Positions 25,743 through 41,340 of a stretch of 64,000 nucleotides of DNA are shown here, piece after piece. Positions within the stretch are counted from its first letter, which is position 1; each line of letters opens with the position of its first letter. Source of the stretch: Octopus vulgaris. Taxonomy: Eukaryota. The notes beneath the pieces are model-generated. The model saw nothing but the letters and a program-made list of their open reading frames with translations, was not told the DNA's origin and ran no database searches. A program made the translations under genes and the position numbers. The stretch is from NCBI GenBank assembly GCA_951406725.2, contig OX597826.1, positions 46,686,001 to 46,750,000 on the forward strand. The letters run 5' to 3'.

Positions 25743-26575
25743 AGTGATCAAACCTCTACTTCTGATAATACTCCTATTAGTCGCAAAGCAATAAATATAC
25801 AATATAAAACATGCCCACTAGGTGTCACTATGAAAATTTCCCATATACTCTCTTCAAATATGTTTTAATAAACTTTTACAGTGACACAGTGTGAAGACAG
25901 ATAGCCTTTATCTTATTCTTGAATTTCATTTTCAAGTTTTTTTTTTTTAAACACCTTCAAGTAATCTAAGATGAAAGGCCAACGATTCTCTTTGTTCCAT
26001 TCTGAGGATTTTATTATATATATTTTTCTCTCAATTTGAGAATTATTTGCAGATTATGAATTTATGTATTTGTATTGTTTATATGCTTTATATCCATCTT
26101 AAGATGAAGGAAAAATTATTGTAAAAAGATTCAAATGATTTTATGAAATTGTAAACTGTTTTTTTTTTTTGACTTTTAACATATAAAACTATTTTAAATA
26201 ATATAAATATATACACAATTTTGTCAAGACGTTTTATATTTTATTGTTTTATTTTTGTTTTTAGTGCTGTTCTTGAGAAATACGTTTATTTATGATAATA
26301 TAATACATCATAATATTACAGTGTATGATATGTTATGCTATGTTATATTATATTATATTGTATTATATTATACTATTTATTGTATTATATCTTGTTACAT
26401 TATATTATACAATATTAAATTATATTATATTGTATTACATTATATTATAGCGCATTATATTTCCGAATTGCTTATCAACAACAGCATTATAATGTAATAC
26501 TTCTCACCTCATTCTGTTATCTAGCTTTCTCTATCCATGCTGCCATCCTTCAATTTCTCTGAGTATATTTCAAAC

Positions 26576-26606
<31 letters not shown>

Positions 26607-26634
26607 TGTATGTATGTATGTATGTATGTATGCA

Positions 26635-26669
<35 letters not shown>

Positions 26670-26791
26670 ATGTATGTATGTATGTATATATACATATATA
26701 CATACGCACATATATATATATATATATATATACATGTATATATGTTTATACACATATACATCCCCTTTCATCATATCTATCTATCTATCTA

Positions 26792-26861
<70 letters not shown>

Positions 26862-26862
26862 T

Positions 26863-26902
<40 letters not shown>

Positions 26903-27003
26903 AAAGTAAAGTTGTAAGGTACCGCACGAGCGGAAATATATATGAAAGGTTTGAAAATGCAATTTTAAAATACCTATACTTCCATCCAGCTACTCTTCCA
27001 AAC

Positions 27004-27097
<94 letters not shown>

Positions 27098-27416
27098 ATA
27101 TATATATATATACTCACACACACAGATCAATGTATTTTAACAGACTGTTCCATGAAGAAGATCATGACGCACGATCTCGGCAACGCCGATACGTGTGTGT
27201 GGGGAGGGGGAGGGGACTGGGGTGGCTTGTTAAGGTTAACTAGAAAGAGATTTAAAATGGTGATAATATTTCATATTCATTGAAGATGTAGGGCAGATCG
27301 TTACTCCAAACTTTTGCAAGGTGAAAATTCTTCAGTTTGAAAAATCTGGAAAAATAGTTTTTCACGTAGGGTCTGAGTGAGGGATCAATAAAGGTATATT
27401 TCACTGATACATGTTT

Positions 27417-27780
27417 ACCACTAACATCACCATCATTACTACCACCCATGGCACCCCCAACATCGCCAACAGCATCACAAAGTCACCACCGTCATCACCA
27501 CTACCACCACCATCACCACCATCACCACCATCATTATTACCAACGCTACCACATCTCCATCACTACATATCTTTCACCACTACTACTACCACCACCGTTA
27601 CTACCACAAACTCTGCGACCATTACACCATCACCATCATACCATCATCACCACAGCTAGAACACCAGTACTATCATCAGCATCGCCACCATCACAACACT
27701 ATCGCCACTAGCACCATCGCCACCATCACCTCCATCATCACTATCTTCACCATGACGCCATCACCTGAGTACCGCTACCG
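27417..27780. repeat. Degenerate (CAC/CAT)n trinucleotide array
   Basis: Directly visible. Confidence 0.9.
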
Positions 27781-28825
27781 ACGCTCATATGATTCTACTA
27801 ATCTTCCTATTTTTTTTTCTGTTTCTAATTTAGACAAAAGCAAGCGATTTTGAAAGGAGGGTGTCATTCAACCGATCCTGGTACTTTACTGGTATTTTTT
27901 TTTAACGAGTATAGAAAGATGATGAGCGAAGTTGACTTCGGCAGCATTCGAAGTCAGAAATAAGGAACTGGATCAAAAACCGCAAAGGATTTTTCTGTCG
28001 CTCTAACGATTCAGCTTGCTCGAAAATCTAAGTTAAGAGCCGTACTGCAAGAGATTTTCTACAACGCTCTGGCGTTTCTTCAAATTCATGGCTATTTTAA
28101 GTAAGGTAATCACGAGAAAACATTTATCAACTATGTCTCTGTAGTAGAAGTTAGACATATAATGCATTACTACAGGACTTGTTAAAACATCGGTCATTCC
28201 AATTTTATCAAGAAATGGTTCATCGAAGTCGTACGTATCATTGTAGATTCATTCATTAAAATGAAACATGAGATTCGAAACTGCAATTGAGAAAATTGAA
28301 ACTGATTTGAATTTCTTATATTTTTCATCTTTTTTGTTTTTTGGTCTTGAAATAAAAATGTAAATAAAAGAAGGGAGAGAAAAGAAGAGAGGAAGAGAGA
28401 AACGGAGAGTGTTACAAAGAGAGAAAAAGAATGTGAGAGAGGGAGGGAGAGAGAGAGAAATGCTAGTAGGAAGAAACGAGAAAAACCTAAAGTAAACGAT
28501 TTTATCAAGTTTTTGACATTTTAAATAAAAAAAATTGTTATATACACTCTATTCACGCGCGCGCACACACACATGCACACAAATATATACACACAGCCAT
28601 ATAATACATATACATATGCATATATATATGTATGTATATATATATGTATATTTATGTATATGTATTATATGGTTGTGTGTATGTGTGTGTGTGTCTATGC
28701 ATTCATATATTTGGTATATACATATACACATGTATATATATGTTTATATAAATGTACATACATGTGTGCGTGTGAAATATATATATTTGCATATATATAT
28801 AAATATATATACATACATACATACA

Positions 28826-28861
<36 letters not shown>

Positions 28862-29323
28862 TATATCATTGAAAATTGATGGAGTTTGTTCTTGTTAGCA
28901 ATGACACTGACAATATTTATATTGGATATAAGAACAGTTTCCTTTTCACGATAATGTTTCAAATTCCTTAATTTCTAGCAAATGCCAAAGTTCAAAGTCG
29001 AATGTGCACATTAGCGCCTCTTAGACGCTCCAAATACTAAACTCTCAGTCACTGATTACGTCAACAGCCGTGTCCTCGAAATATATGGAGACGGCCAGCC
29101 AGTCAGCCAGTGTCATAGAAGGCCAGTCTCTCAGCAAAGATCACACAGCCTAGAACAGTTGAATGGTACGTATTGTATAAATTACTTTTATGCTGTTAAG
29201 ATTTCGTTTCAACGTGCATAGGTTAACACATTTGATTATCTATCAAGCAGACCATATGTTGGGTTACTTAAACATAAACTCTATGTGGTAAAAATGCGTA
29301 AATAAGCGTTTACAAAACCTCAC

Positions 29324-29411
<88 letters not shown>

Positions 29412-29583
29412 GTATGTATGTCTGTCTGTCTGTCTATCTATCTATTTCTACTTCCTATCTCTCTTCATGTATGTATGTATGTATGTATGTATGTATGTAT
29501 GTATGTATGTATCTATCTATCTATCTATTTAACTTTCTATCTATCTATGAAAACGCGCAGACGCATTTATGCATGTATGCATG

Positions 29584-29640
<57 letters not shown>

Positions 29641-29695
29641 GTATATATATATATATATACATACATACATACATACATACATACACACACATATG

Positions 29696-29726
<31 letters not shown>

Positions 29727-29991
29727 TATATATATAATATATACATGTATATACATATCTGTTTGTGTTATATATATATATGCAAGGGTTGTAAAGCATA
29801 TTGAAATATATTTTAGATACAGCAGACATTATCTGATAAGGAACTCTGCATACTTGGTAGAGTGGATAGATATATTCATTATATCAAAAATTGGACGTCT
29901 ACTTTGAATTTTGCCCCTGGCGAAAATCCTAAGCATCACAGCCTGAGATAGAACACCGAGTGAAGTGTCAACTTTTGATATTATAAACAAA

Positions 29992-30274
<283 letters not shown>

Positions 30275-30495
30275 GCATGCACTCAGGCATACAGTTATGC
30301 ATACACAAATGCGTGTTTAGGTGGGTGATTGGGTGTGTAAAATATATCATGGGCTCTCCGGTCAAATCTAATAAATATGCACACGCACACACACTCACTC
30401 ACACACACAGACTTGCAGACACACGCACATATGCACACACCTCTATAACTTTACCTATCCATCCATCCATCCATCCATCCATCCATCTATCCATC

Positions 30496-30638
<143 letters not shown>

Positions 30639-30881
30639 GATCGATCTAATTGTTTCAAATTTTGATACTGGGTCACCACATTTTGATTGGTATGGGGTAA
30701 GTCGATTTAATCAGACCCAGTAGTTGACTACTACTGACTTTATCGAACCCGGAAGTAAAGAAGGAGTGAAGGAAGGCAAAGTCGACACCAGTGGTACTTG
30801 AAGTCAGAACATAAAGACGGTTGAAGTGTCGCTTAACATTTTGTCCAGCGTGCTAGCGATCCAACCAGCCCGCGTTACACA

Positions 30882-30922
<41 letters not shown>

Positions 30923-31082
30923 TCACATAAAGGTAGGTATAATGTATGTGTTCAAATTGATCCAAATGTACAAATACAGTATTAATAATGAACGCTACTT
31001 AAGAACCGAATCTCGTATCAAACCACTTCTTTTGAAGTTGAATGCGACTTTCATGTTCTTCCGGTTAATCTTTCCATTTGGT

Positions 31083-31292
31083 TTCAAATTTTGGCACAAG
31101 GCCAACAATTTGGGGTGGAAGAGTAAGTCGATTTCATCGAACCCAGTGCTCGATCGGTACTTATTCTATCGAACCCGAAATTATGAAAGGCAGAGTCGAC
31201 CCCAAAGGAATTTGAAATCAGAACGTGAAGACGGACGAAATGCCGCGAAGCTTTTTGTCCGGCATGCTATAGATTCTGCCAGCTTGCCGCCT
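31083..31292 (-). mobile_element. SINE family B (A-type head, alternative tail)
   Basis: GAAAGGCAGAGTCGAC..GGAATTTGAAATCAGAACG...CTGCCAGCTTGCCGCCT. Further diverged copies lie near 27830, 30655, 33230, 43550, 43790, 49533, 53968 and 62905. Confidence 0.85.
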
Positions 31293-32564
31293 TATCTTGT
31301 CATAGATGGTTTTGACCTTATAAAACCATCTTTAAAAGTTATAAGAGTTCTATTGCATTTCCAGTTCTTATCTAATTTTCACTGCTAAGGGCGCCCTTTC
31401 GAAACTACAATCTTACAAACATGAGTGCAACACCCTAACCTCGAAGACATGCACCTTTATTTCTTTCTCTCCATCATCATCTCTTTCTCTCTCTCTCTCT
31501 CCACACACGCATGCACATACACACACACACACACACACACGCATACACACACACATATATATACGTGTGAAGAATTTTATGCAATGAAGTATATAGGTGT
31601 AGAAACAGCAAACGTTTTCTTGAGGAGGCGAATGACTCCCTAAGACAGAGTAGAATGTCTTAAAAAATAATGTGTTAAAGACAGAAATAAACAATAAAGG
31701 AAAATATAAAACAAAACAAAATAAAGTAAAAAAAAATATCAACAATCGAAAATACAGTGTTTTGTTCAGTGGATTATTTGTTATTTCCAGCGAGAGATGC
31801 CAGCAAATGCTGCTAGCGACAGATCCAAGCAACATATGTTGTCCCAAAGGAACAGTCCGCTTTAGTACTAAATACACATTTTGTATTGATGTAGCTCCTA
31901 CTACAGGAGTAGCTGTTATGACATCAGACGTGTATACAATATTTCGACAAAGACTTGATTTATTTGTTTAACAAGCCTTTACACGTTGTAGCGTATGTAT
32001 TGCTGAAGTATGTCTGTGCATGTGTGTGTCTGTATTTCTGTGTGTGTCTGTGATGGCAGACTAATGGAGCTCTGTTAGTCACATATCACATACATCATGT
32101 CCCGTAAAGTCGAAACCAGCGGTTTGTTATTTAATCTGATTCTTGCCGGTTTTGTTAAATGCATAGGGGATATGTTTTGGGTATTTTAGATTCAAGAGAT
32201 TTCCTTTGGGTCATTTGAAGGCTAATATTCCCAAGATAGATAAGGACACCAGATATAGATATAAAAAAATCCCCCCCATAAAACGGTTAATGCTTTCTGA
32301 ATAACCACCTATTTAAATAAAACTTCAGATTTTTGGTTATTAAATTTAGTTATTCAATGGAAGGAATTCTTAGAATGCATTTTGGTTCCAACAAAAATTT
32401 GAAGGAACCTGAGGGAATGCCATTTGACGTTTTGATCCTTTGTCTTAAGGCGACCAATCATCGATGAAATCCGGTCATTAATGTCTTTGAAAATTATGGG
32501 AATACATTCGACCATGTTACTTTCCCCGCTTTTCTTTCTTCTGTTATCTTTTATTTGATTCCTT

Positions 32565-32945
32565 CGTTGGACTGCGACCATGCTGGGGCACCGCCTTGAT
32601 GGGTTTTAGTCGAACAGATCGACCTCAGTACTTACTTTTTGTAAAAGTCTGCTACTTATTCCATCTGTCTCTTTTACCCCACGACTAATGTTACGGGGAC
32701 GTAAACAAACCAACACCAGTTGTGAAGCAGTGGGAAGTCAAACGCAAAGACACTTCCATACATGCGTATGTATGCATGCATATACAATGAGCTTCTACAA
32801 GTTTCCGTATCCCAAATTTACTCATGCAGGCGTTGTCGGACTGAGACTAGAGTAGAAGACACTTGCCGAAGGTACCACGCAATAGGACTGAACCGGAAGC
32901 CTATGGCTGCAAAGCAATGTCCTTAATCACATAGCCACGCCTGCG
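32565..32945 (-). mobile_element. SINE family C, diverged
   Basis: GGACTGCGACCATGCTGGGGCACCGCC ... AGTAGAAGACACTTGCC. Confidence 0.8.
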
Positions 32946-33589
32946 TTTCATAAATATACAGAGTCAAATTGTAGGGCCTCCGTCGTTCAATGAACATCGT
33001 GGATCTGTACACGTATGTATTAGCCAGGACAAAAGTTTTCTTCTTTGAGGAAGTCTAGCAGTCGCTCATACGGGACGTTTCCCCTCTCAACACCACCGAT
33101 GTTGGGCCGATAGTGACTTGGTACCAATGTCGTCGTAGATTTTGCTGTCAGAAAGCCAAGAACCAGAACAGATACTGCAAAATATCTTTCTTGACCATCT
33201 AACAGTTTCGCCAAGTCACCGCTTTGGACCCGGAAGGATAAAAGGCGAAGTTGACTTCGGCGTGATTTGAACTCAGAGCACAGCGAATTGAAACAGATAT
33301 TGCTTAAGATTCTTTCTCTCCGACGTTCTAACGACTCTGCTAATTGGTCACTGATTAAATAATCACTATCTAAATATAGTTACTCTTTCAATTCAGACTG
33401 CCCCTTCGGGTCTATAATCCGTCAAAATGTCGGGAAAAAATACTCTGCGGCATTTGTTTCGGTTCTTTACATTTTGATTTGAAATTCCACTGAGATCAAC
33501 TCTTCTCTTTCATCCCTATGAGAGAAATAAACAAAGTACGTCCAAGAATTGCTGATATATCTGACCTAGTTCCTGTATTAGAAACAAAC

Positions 33590-34056
33590 ACTTTTACTCC
33601 CTCCAACGCCGCTGTGAGCTTTATATCATATGTATGATGTGGAAAATATTCCATCAGCATTGCTCAAATGATATAGGTATCATCTTTAAAATTCGCATCG
33701 TATCACAACACTATGACAGAACTATTTCACCTCAACTGGCCCTGCTCTCTTCAAAATCGTGCCATAAAAGAGGAAAGTGATTTCACGGCATTCAAACGGT
33801 CCCTAGATGATTACCTATTTCTTTACTACCCACAAGGGGCTAAACGCAGAGAGGACAAACAAGGTCCCTAGATGATTACCTCCAATAAATACCAGACAAA
33901 CCACCCTCACCCGGATATGTCCCTGAAAACAATAACTCTCTGCTCGATGGGCTATGGTGCCCAAGAGCTGATAGCGTATCTCTTCCAGGTGGTGTTTTTA
34001 AATTAGACATGGCCTAGGCCAACTTTGGCCGAAGCTTATCTAAGTAATCTAAGTAA
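33590..34056 (+). mobile_element. CR1-group LINE 3' end, degenerate
   Basis: YSLQRR.E.YIICMMWKI, NYFTSTGPALF, FKRSLDDYL, IPDKPPSPGY..NNSLL; terminal short repeat ATCTAAGTA x2. Confidence 0.8.
33817..33862 (-). mobile_element. 46-bp family-A SINE tail with 19-bp TSD
   Basis: GGTCCCTAGATGATTACCT at 33798-33816 and 33863-33881. Confidence 0.9.
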
Positions 34057-35868
34057 ATGTTTTTAATTATCTATATATTTTTCTCTCTTTTTTTACGACA
34101 AACTTACTGTCAAGTGCAACATTTTCCATCAAACATTTGATTACAAAAATAGAGTCCTGAAAAAGTTTCGTAAGTTTTAGATGAAATTTTCTGATATCAG
34201 TTTTTAGCTGTAGGGTGATGGTTTTGACCTTATAAAGTTATATGAATGAAATCAGTTGTAATTAAACTGTAGCTAAACTTGGGTAACAAATTTAATCAAT
34301 GCCTGGGTTTAAAGCCAACAGCAAACCCTTTGATAAAGTTATCAATGTCCAAACTGTTGCAAGCTTTCGAACAAATTTGCGGTTTGCGGGTAATCCATGA
34401 ATCGAGGCTTCCTCCATATTTCCGTCACGTTGCCCTCGAGTATTTTTAGAAGTACACTTTCAGGTTCGACGACTCGGGCCGTTTTACGGCTTGAAGATAA
34501 ATTCATCCCACCAGTCTTACGCCATGTACTCTCCATGAGATGAGGACCTGCTGTAACCCTAGGGTCAAGGGATGACGCCGGTTCAGCAGAAGACAACGGA
34601 AAAAATAATAAGGGGGCAGTTAGTCGATACCTCGACATCAGTACTTGATTGGTACTTTCGTTTATCAAACCCGGAGGGATGAAAGGTAAAGTTGCCCTCT
34701 GAATAATTTATTATTCACTGTTGACCTTGTCGGACGTGTTTTTGACTCACTCATCGAAGTAAAGAATATTCTACTTTACAGGGCAGTGTTTTATTGAATT
34801 GAAATCATACACATACAGGGCGAAAAATTCTGGGATCTACTCATACGAAGTTTAGATAAAGAAAAATAAGTTTTAATCTTGTTCGTTACACACATTTTAT
34901 TTCTATTTCACGTTGTCTACTTAGAGAAAATTACTTCAAAAATTCGTGCCACGCCTTCGGAAGAAAACAATGCAGAACCAAGCCTGTCTTGTACAGAGAA
35001 CACACAAGAAAGAACAAGAAAACATTGTACATTAAGACACACACGTTATAAAAGAAAGAAAGAATTTTAATGACAATTCCATTTAGGACCCCATTAGCAT
35101 GAACAATGCTGGCGTCTCTTCTGTCAACAGTAACATTCACATACACGCACGTGTGCGGTGCCAAACCAAAACATTAAGAACATTACAGATGGTGTCTGTT
35201 ATGTTTTTTCCGCGTGAGAAGCCAAGAGAAGACCCTGAACAAGGAAAATAACCTCGAAAATGGTGTCATTTGGGAACACAATGTCACGCAAGGAAGAATT
35301 TCGAAGAATATATTAACGACAGAAATAAGAAAGCCCGAAGAATATATAAAAAACAGAAATATGAAAGCCAGAAGAATATATAAAAAGACAGAAATAAGTT
35401 AGCTTCTATAAACTGAACTAATTTATTTCTGCCGTTTAAGAGTCTGGGTTTTCAGTCGTTCTCGTAACTGCCACTGGAAGAAGCCTTCCACTAAATGTCG
35501 GATGAAATTCTCTCGATTGAGCGTGAGAAAGCTTATAGAACTGTACAGAAAGCTTACAGGACTATATTTTCAGGGCTAAGGGCTCAGCTTGTCATCTTTA
35601 CATGGCAGTATGATCAGATAGTCAGTGTAGATGAGATGAAAGGTGATATGTAATTGGGAGGAGTTAAGATAGATCTACAAATCTTAATGGCCTTCAAAAG
35701 CCTCAAAGTTAATCTGGAACTGTGCTTAGCTGAATGCGGTGCAGGATAAAAGGCCAAGTTATCCCTGCAGCCCCAAAAAATAGTTGAAAGTCAATTGCCA
35801 TGAAGTGTTGCAAAAGGTGGAAAAGCAAAAAGGTGGAATGCAGCAATAATCAGTCACACTCAAGAAAA

Positions 35869-35939
<71 letters not shown>

Positions 35940-35987
35940 AAAGAAGATAATCTCGTGTTCGATCCTGGAAACAAATACCTAAGTATA

Positions 35988-36211
35988 CCTACTTCTTTAC
36001 TACCCACAAGGGGCTAAACACAGAGGGGACGAACAAGGACAGACAAAGGGATTAAGTCGATTATATCGACCCCAATGCGTAACTGGTACTTATTTAATCG
36101 ACCCCGAAAGGATGAAAGGCAAATTCGACCTCGGCAGAAATTGAACTCAGAACGTAGCGGCAGACGAAATACTGCTAAGCATTTCGCCCGGTGTGCTAAC
36201 GTTTCTGCCAG
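35988..36211 (-). mobile_element. SINE family A
   Basis: Reverse complement of 9580-9808; GTATACC on both flanks. Confidence 0.9.
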
Positions 36212-37299
36212 GTATACCGTCTCCTTGCCTTGCGAATCGTCAACGCCCCCTCCATCATATTGTAACGAGCGGAAGAAAGAACATGGTTAAGAAGGAAAAA
36301 CCTTCAGCTGACACTACATGTAAAATAGAAGGAAGACTTAAAAAATTAATACCCGCATCCACCAAAGAACATAAAAAATATGGCGACGAAATGTGTATGA
36401 GAAAACTCACAATCCTTAAAAAATGTCATGCTATCCATAGTTGCATGACTGGATAGTACAGAGGTAATGGAAACATATCGCAGTGTGACCTACAAGTTTG
36501 TCAGCGAAATATTCGCAGAAGAGTCTTAAAAAACGAGAATTATAAACACGAAGAAGATAGAATATTAATAAAGTACTCGTCAGCGTTTGTATACTTGAAA
36601 GAAAATAATTCCATGCATGTTGAGGTTTTCTTAAATTTGTTAAAGGGTACCTTTGAGAGTACGAGGATCCAATACGAGGAATAGCAAAAAAGCAGAATCA
36701 AGAGCTGCTTTAGCCCAGCCTTAGAAGAGGGTTTTCACTCATGTATGGATGGTAACATTAAATGTTTTCTATGTTTTCTTCTACTTTAAATTACATTTTA
36801 TTTTTGATTTTTGTTTGTTTTTATATCATTTTATAGTTTTTCCTATTTATTAATTTTTAAATCTGTTTGTTATATAATATCTTAAGCTCTTCTCTTACCT
36901 TTTTTAGCAGTTTTTTTTCCTCAACCCCAAACTTATTGTAACCTCAATGAGCGAGAATGAAGGTAACATACCTCTATAAATAAAAGACATAAAGCGGAGG
37001 AATTTATGCTCTATGCTCTCGAAGTAGGAGTTGGAAGAAACCTTGAATAATGGGTGATGCGATTTGTGCCCTGGATCGGAGCAAGGCATGTGAAAGTATG
37101 AGGCTGGTTTTGAAGACCGACAATAAAGCGGAGAGACAAATAGAGCTGGTGCACTATCCACCTATCTACCTTACACGAGTAACAGAAATATAACGGTATT
37201 GACCAGAGATGGTGAAAATCTTCATGGATGCTGACTCATGGTTTGCTGTCACTTTTGTGCAGTGGGGCATCTGAACGGTTTGAGATTAAACTGCAACAA

Positions 37300-37475
37300 C
37301 ATGTCTGAGGTGTGTGATCCGCAAGATTCTTTGAGTTTAATGCCGTAGAACCTTCAAAGCTATGACAGGGCTCTACTGCATTTAAAGAGCTAAGAGGAGA
37401 TCAATAAGTTTGGTTGTGCATAGAAGAAAGCCAAGGTGCTACTCATGTGGTAGTGAAGATTACACGAGGCATATA
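37300..37475 (+). mobile_element. Possible LINE ORF1 zinc-knuckle relic
   Basis: ISLVVHRRKPRCYSCGSEDY..(frameshift)YCP resembles a degenerate CX2CX4HX4C. Confidence 0.35.
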
Positions 37476-37477
37476 CT

Positions 37478-37797
37478 GTCCAGAAGAAATGCAAAGGACT
37501 TATTTTATCGGTCTTTTTAGCCGAACCGCTAAGTTACGGGGACGTAAACACACCAGCATCAGTTGTCATGAGAAGTGGGGGGGGGGCAAACACAGACACA
37601 CAAACACACACACTCACATATATATATATATATATACATATATATGAAGGGCTTCTTTCAGTTTCCGTCTGCCAAATCCACTCGCAAGGCTTTGGTCGGC
37701 CCGAGGCTATAGTAGAAGACACTTGCCCAAGGTGCCACGCAGTAGGACTGAACCCGGAACCGTGTAGTTGGTAAGCAAACTACTTACCACACAGCCA
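37478..37797 (-). mobile_element. SINE family C, tail-truncated
   Basis: High identity to 11870-12160. Confidence 0.9.
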
Positions 37798-38370
37798 CCC
37801 GAAGGAAGGAAGGAATGAAGAAAGAAAGAAAGGAAGGAAGAAAGAAAATAAAGAGCAAATAAGGTCCTTAGCAAAGGGACCACATAATTCACTCGTCTGG
37901 TATTTACAGCTTTCCGAATCACCAATGAGACCAGATGATTCAACTAAACCGCCAAAGGGAAAGCAAAGAAAAAAGAAAACAGTTGTGGTTGAGGAGATTG
38001 ATGGTTCGAATTCACACAAGAGTTACATGAGTAAAAAAAAACAAGAAATAAACAAGTAGAGAAAAAACAACACCAGTAATTATAATCTATAATAAACAGT
38101 TAAATATCAGCTGCTAAAGAAATTTAATAGTTTTCTTGTGTTGGTCAATGCTAAAGTTGATCAAGGGTTCAGAAGGAACAGGTTGCAGTAGCTCGAGCAA
38201 AATATAGGCGGGGACATTTAGAAGCCCTGATCCAAGGTAGCAGCTTTGTGGATAGGCCGATAGGTTGATCTTGTTTGTTTTATTTACTGTGTTTAACGTA
38301 CCACCTAATATATGGACGTGTGTGTATGTATGGATGGATGTGTGTGTGTATATCATTTTATATATATCTA

Positions 38371-38424
<54 letters not shown>

Positions 38425-38770
38425 ATACATATATGCATATCTGTCTATCTATCTATCTATCTATATATATATAAATCTATAAATATATCTATCTATCTAT
38501 CTATCTTTCTATCTTTCTATCTATCTATCTATCTATCTATCTCTATCTATCTATCTATATATATCTATCCATCTATCTATATATATCTATCTATAAATCT
38601 ATCTATCTATCTATCTATCTATATATATATATATATATATATATAACATATTATATATAATATATAATATACATATATATATATATATAATATATTATAT
38701 ATTTTATATATATATGCATACACACGCTCGCACATGCTATGTACGCATATACATAAATTGAATGGAAGTT

Positions 38771-38822
<52 letters not shown>

Positions 38823-38837
38823 CATATATATATATAC

Positions 38838-38882
<45 letters not shown>

Positions 38883-38890
38883 CACATACC

Positions 38891-38962
<72 letters not shown>

Positions 38963-39029
38963 AAGTGGACTGCAGTACAATATATTAAATACACACGTGT
39001 GCATGGTGTGTGTGTGTGTGTGTGTGTGT

Positions 39030-39077
<48 letters not shown>

Positions 39078-39234
39078 CATGCTCGTATAGGTTTCCATAT
39101 GCTTTGGAAGTCTCTAGTATGACGTTTAACATTGTACGAATGAGCTCATACGGCTAATAAAAGAAAAGCTTATTATTATAATTAATCAGCAACATCACGA
39201 ACATCATCATCGTTATCCTCCTCATCATCATCAC

Positions 39235-39289
<55 letters not shown>

Positions 39290-40109
39290 AACATCAACAA
39301 CAATAATAAAAACACTACATCCTATAGGAGACAATATTTATCGTCCAGTGTTGCAATGTTAGAAGTAATTATCCAGAAATATCTATATCAATGAACAATA
39401 GAAGTTGATCCATGTATTTGTTGAAATTGTATGTGTATGTGTGTGTTATTTGGTTATTGATTACTAACGAATAACTTGCCTTGTTTGTCACTAAATACAG
39501 AAGTAGCCAAATCACTTTGAAGTCCATAGAATGCTGGGTAATACCTCAGTGATTTAGTGTGAAGTCGGAGACTATAACATTCCAGTCTGGAATAATAGCG
39601 ACCTATTTTCGGAACTCTGCACAGCCTATTACAGGCTGAATATTGCTCTGTCAAGAACAGGATGACGGAAGCAGCCTTCCTATCGCTGCTGCTTCTAAAA
39701 AGAAAGACTAAAACCGTATAGAATATTATTACCACGCTAATTACATTTGACGTTGTTACACAAGAACGGAAACAATTTTTGCGATTCATTCTCGATTTCT
39801 ATGTTCTCTGATTCTATGGTTTTAGCTCAGTTACACATCGTTGCTACTGTCTTTCACAGAATTGATTAATATATAACGCTACCTAGTTAAAGTTCTGCTC
39901 AGTACAATATTAAGCAAACCTATGTATGAGGTAAATACATATAAAGACAAAATCCATTTGTTTCGTTCGGTGAGGTGGGCCCACTGTATGAAGCAATATT
40001 GACATTTCAAAAACGTGTTCGACTAAGGATCAAAGTTTATACTCAAATAAAGGTACTATGTGTTATTTTATCTTTTCATCTTTTCTTTTCTTTTTTTTTA
40101 CCTTTTTCT

Positions 40110-40313
40110 TGTTCAAGACTTGCGGCCATGCTGGGGCACCACCTCAAAGGGTTCTAATAGAACTAATCGACGCCAGAACTTATTTTTCTTTAAACCTGGT
40201 ACTTATTCTGTCAGACTCTTATTCCGAACTGTTAAGTGACTGGGACGTAAACAATCCAACGAGCAGCGGTGGAGGACAAGCACAGGCACGCATAGATATA
40301 TATTGACACACAC

Positions 40314-40399
<86 letters not shown>

Positions 40400-40595
40400 C
40401 GCATACACGCATACATATACATACGAAGGGCTTCTTTCACTTTTCGTCTACCAAATTCACTCGTAAGGCTTTGAAAAGGCTTTGGTCATCCCGAGGTTAT
40501 AGTAGAAAACGCTTGCCCAAGGAGGCACGCAGTAGTACAACTCAGATCCATGGGTTTAGGAAGTAAAATTCTTTCCATACAGCCACATCTGCGTC
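40110..40595 (-). mobile_element. SINE family C with long internal (CA)n
   Basis: Tail, microsatellite and head all recognisable. Confidence 0.82.
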
Positions 40596-40611
40596 TTTCT
40601 CTGTTCACTTA

Positions 40612-41340
40612 CACAGGCCAACAAAAATATTTTTTCCCTGTTGTCAAAACATTTGGGCTTGAATTAGCGATTTTTTCTGATACAGAGTCCAAGAATGACA
40701 TCCATTTATTACCATCGCGTGAAAAGTTTGTAATACTGGATCCATAGAATTTCATTGTTTTTTCAATAAAACAACTTATGAGGAACAAGGCATAACATAC
40801 AAACATACATAGAAAGTTTTTTTTTCTTCAAAACCAGAATGTTTTCTTAGAATTCTATTGAAAAACTAGTAAAAATCTTCAAATTTCTACAGACAAATTT
40901 CATTATTGTTTACGCCTAATTTTCCGTGAATTTGCGCATGGAGGATGTTCTTGCGAGCTGAATCTCAGGAAGATTACGAGCCAAATTCCAGCAATAGTCC
41001 GCCACCATATGCAAGTGCCATCTGTTTGGATACCTTTGTTCCATTGATCTTATATGTTGATGGAAGCGTTCTTCCTGCTCGTCACTTGTGTTATCAAGAT
41101 TTTCCAGGAATTTATCAAGGTGGTTATGGAGATAGCGCTCATATTTATCCCTAATTTTTGAAAGTTCTCCAGCATGTTTCTACTATATCAGCATAATTGG
41201 TTGCTTTCATATTGTCCAGGTAGTCATTTACAACTATTGCAAATAAATTTCATGCTGCTGTTTCAATGCAATTCACTGAATTTACAAAATTCCCATCTTT
41301 CATAAATTTTCTGACCAGAGTCTCGTCAAATACTCCGGTT
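40612..41340 (-). mobile_element. Chapaev3-like (CMC) DNA transposon, 3' fragment with terminus
   Basis: Minus strand reads GVFD..LVRKFMKD...KATNYADIV..NMLENFQKLGINMS..YLHNHLDKFLENL..TSDEQEERFHQHIRSMEQRY..RW..HMVADYCWNL. Terminus CACAGGCCAACAAAAA at 40612. Confidence 0.88.

Noticed and set aside
36225-36780. Possible L1-like ORF2 relic
   Set aside because: No motif could be read with confidence.
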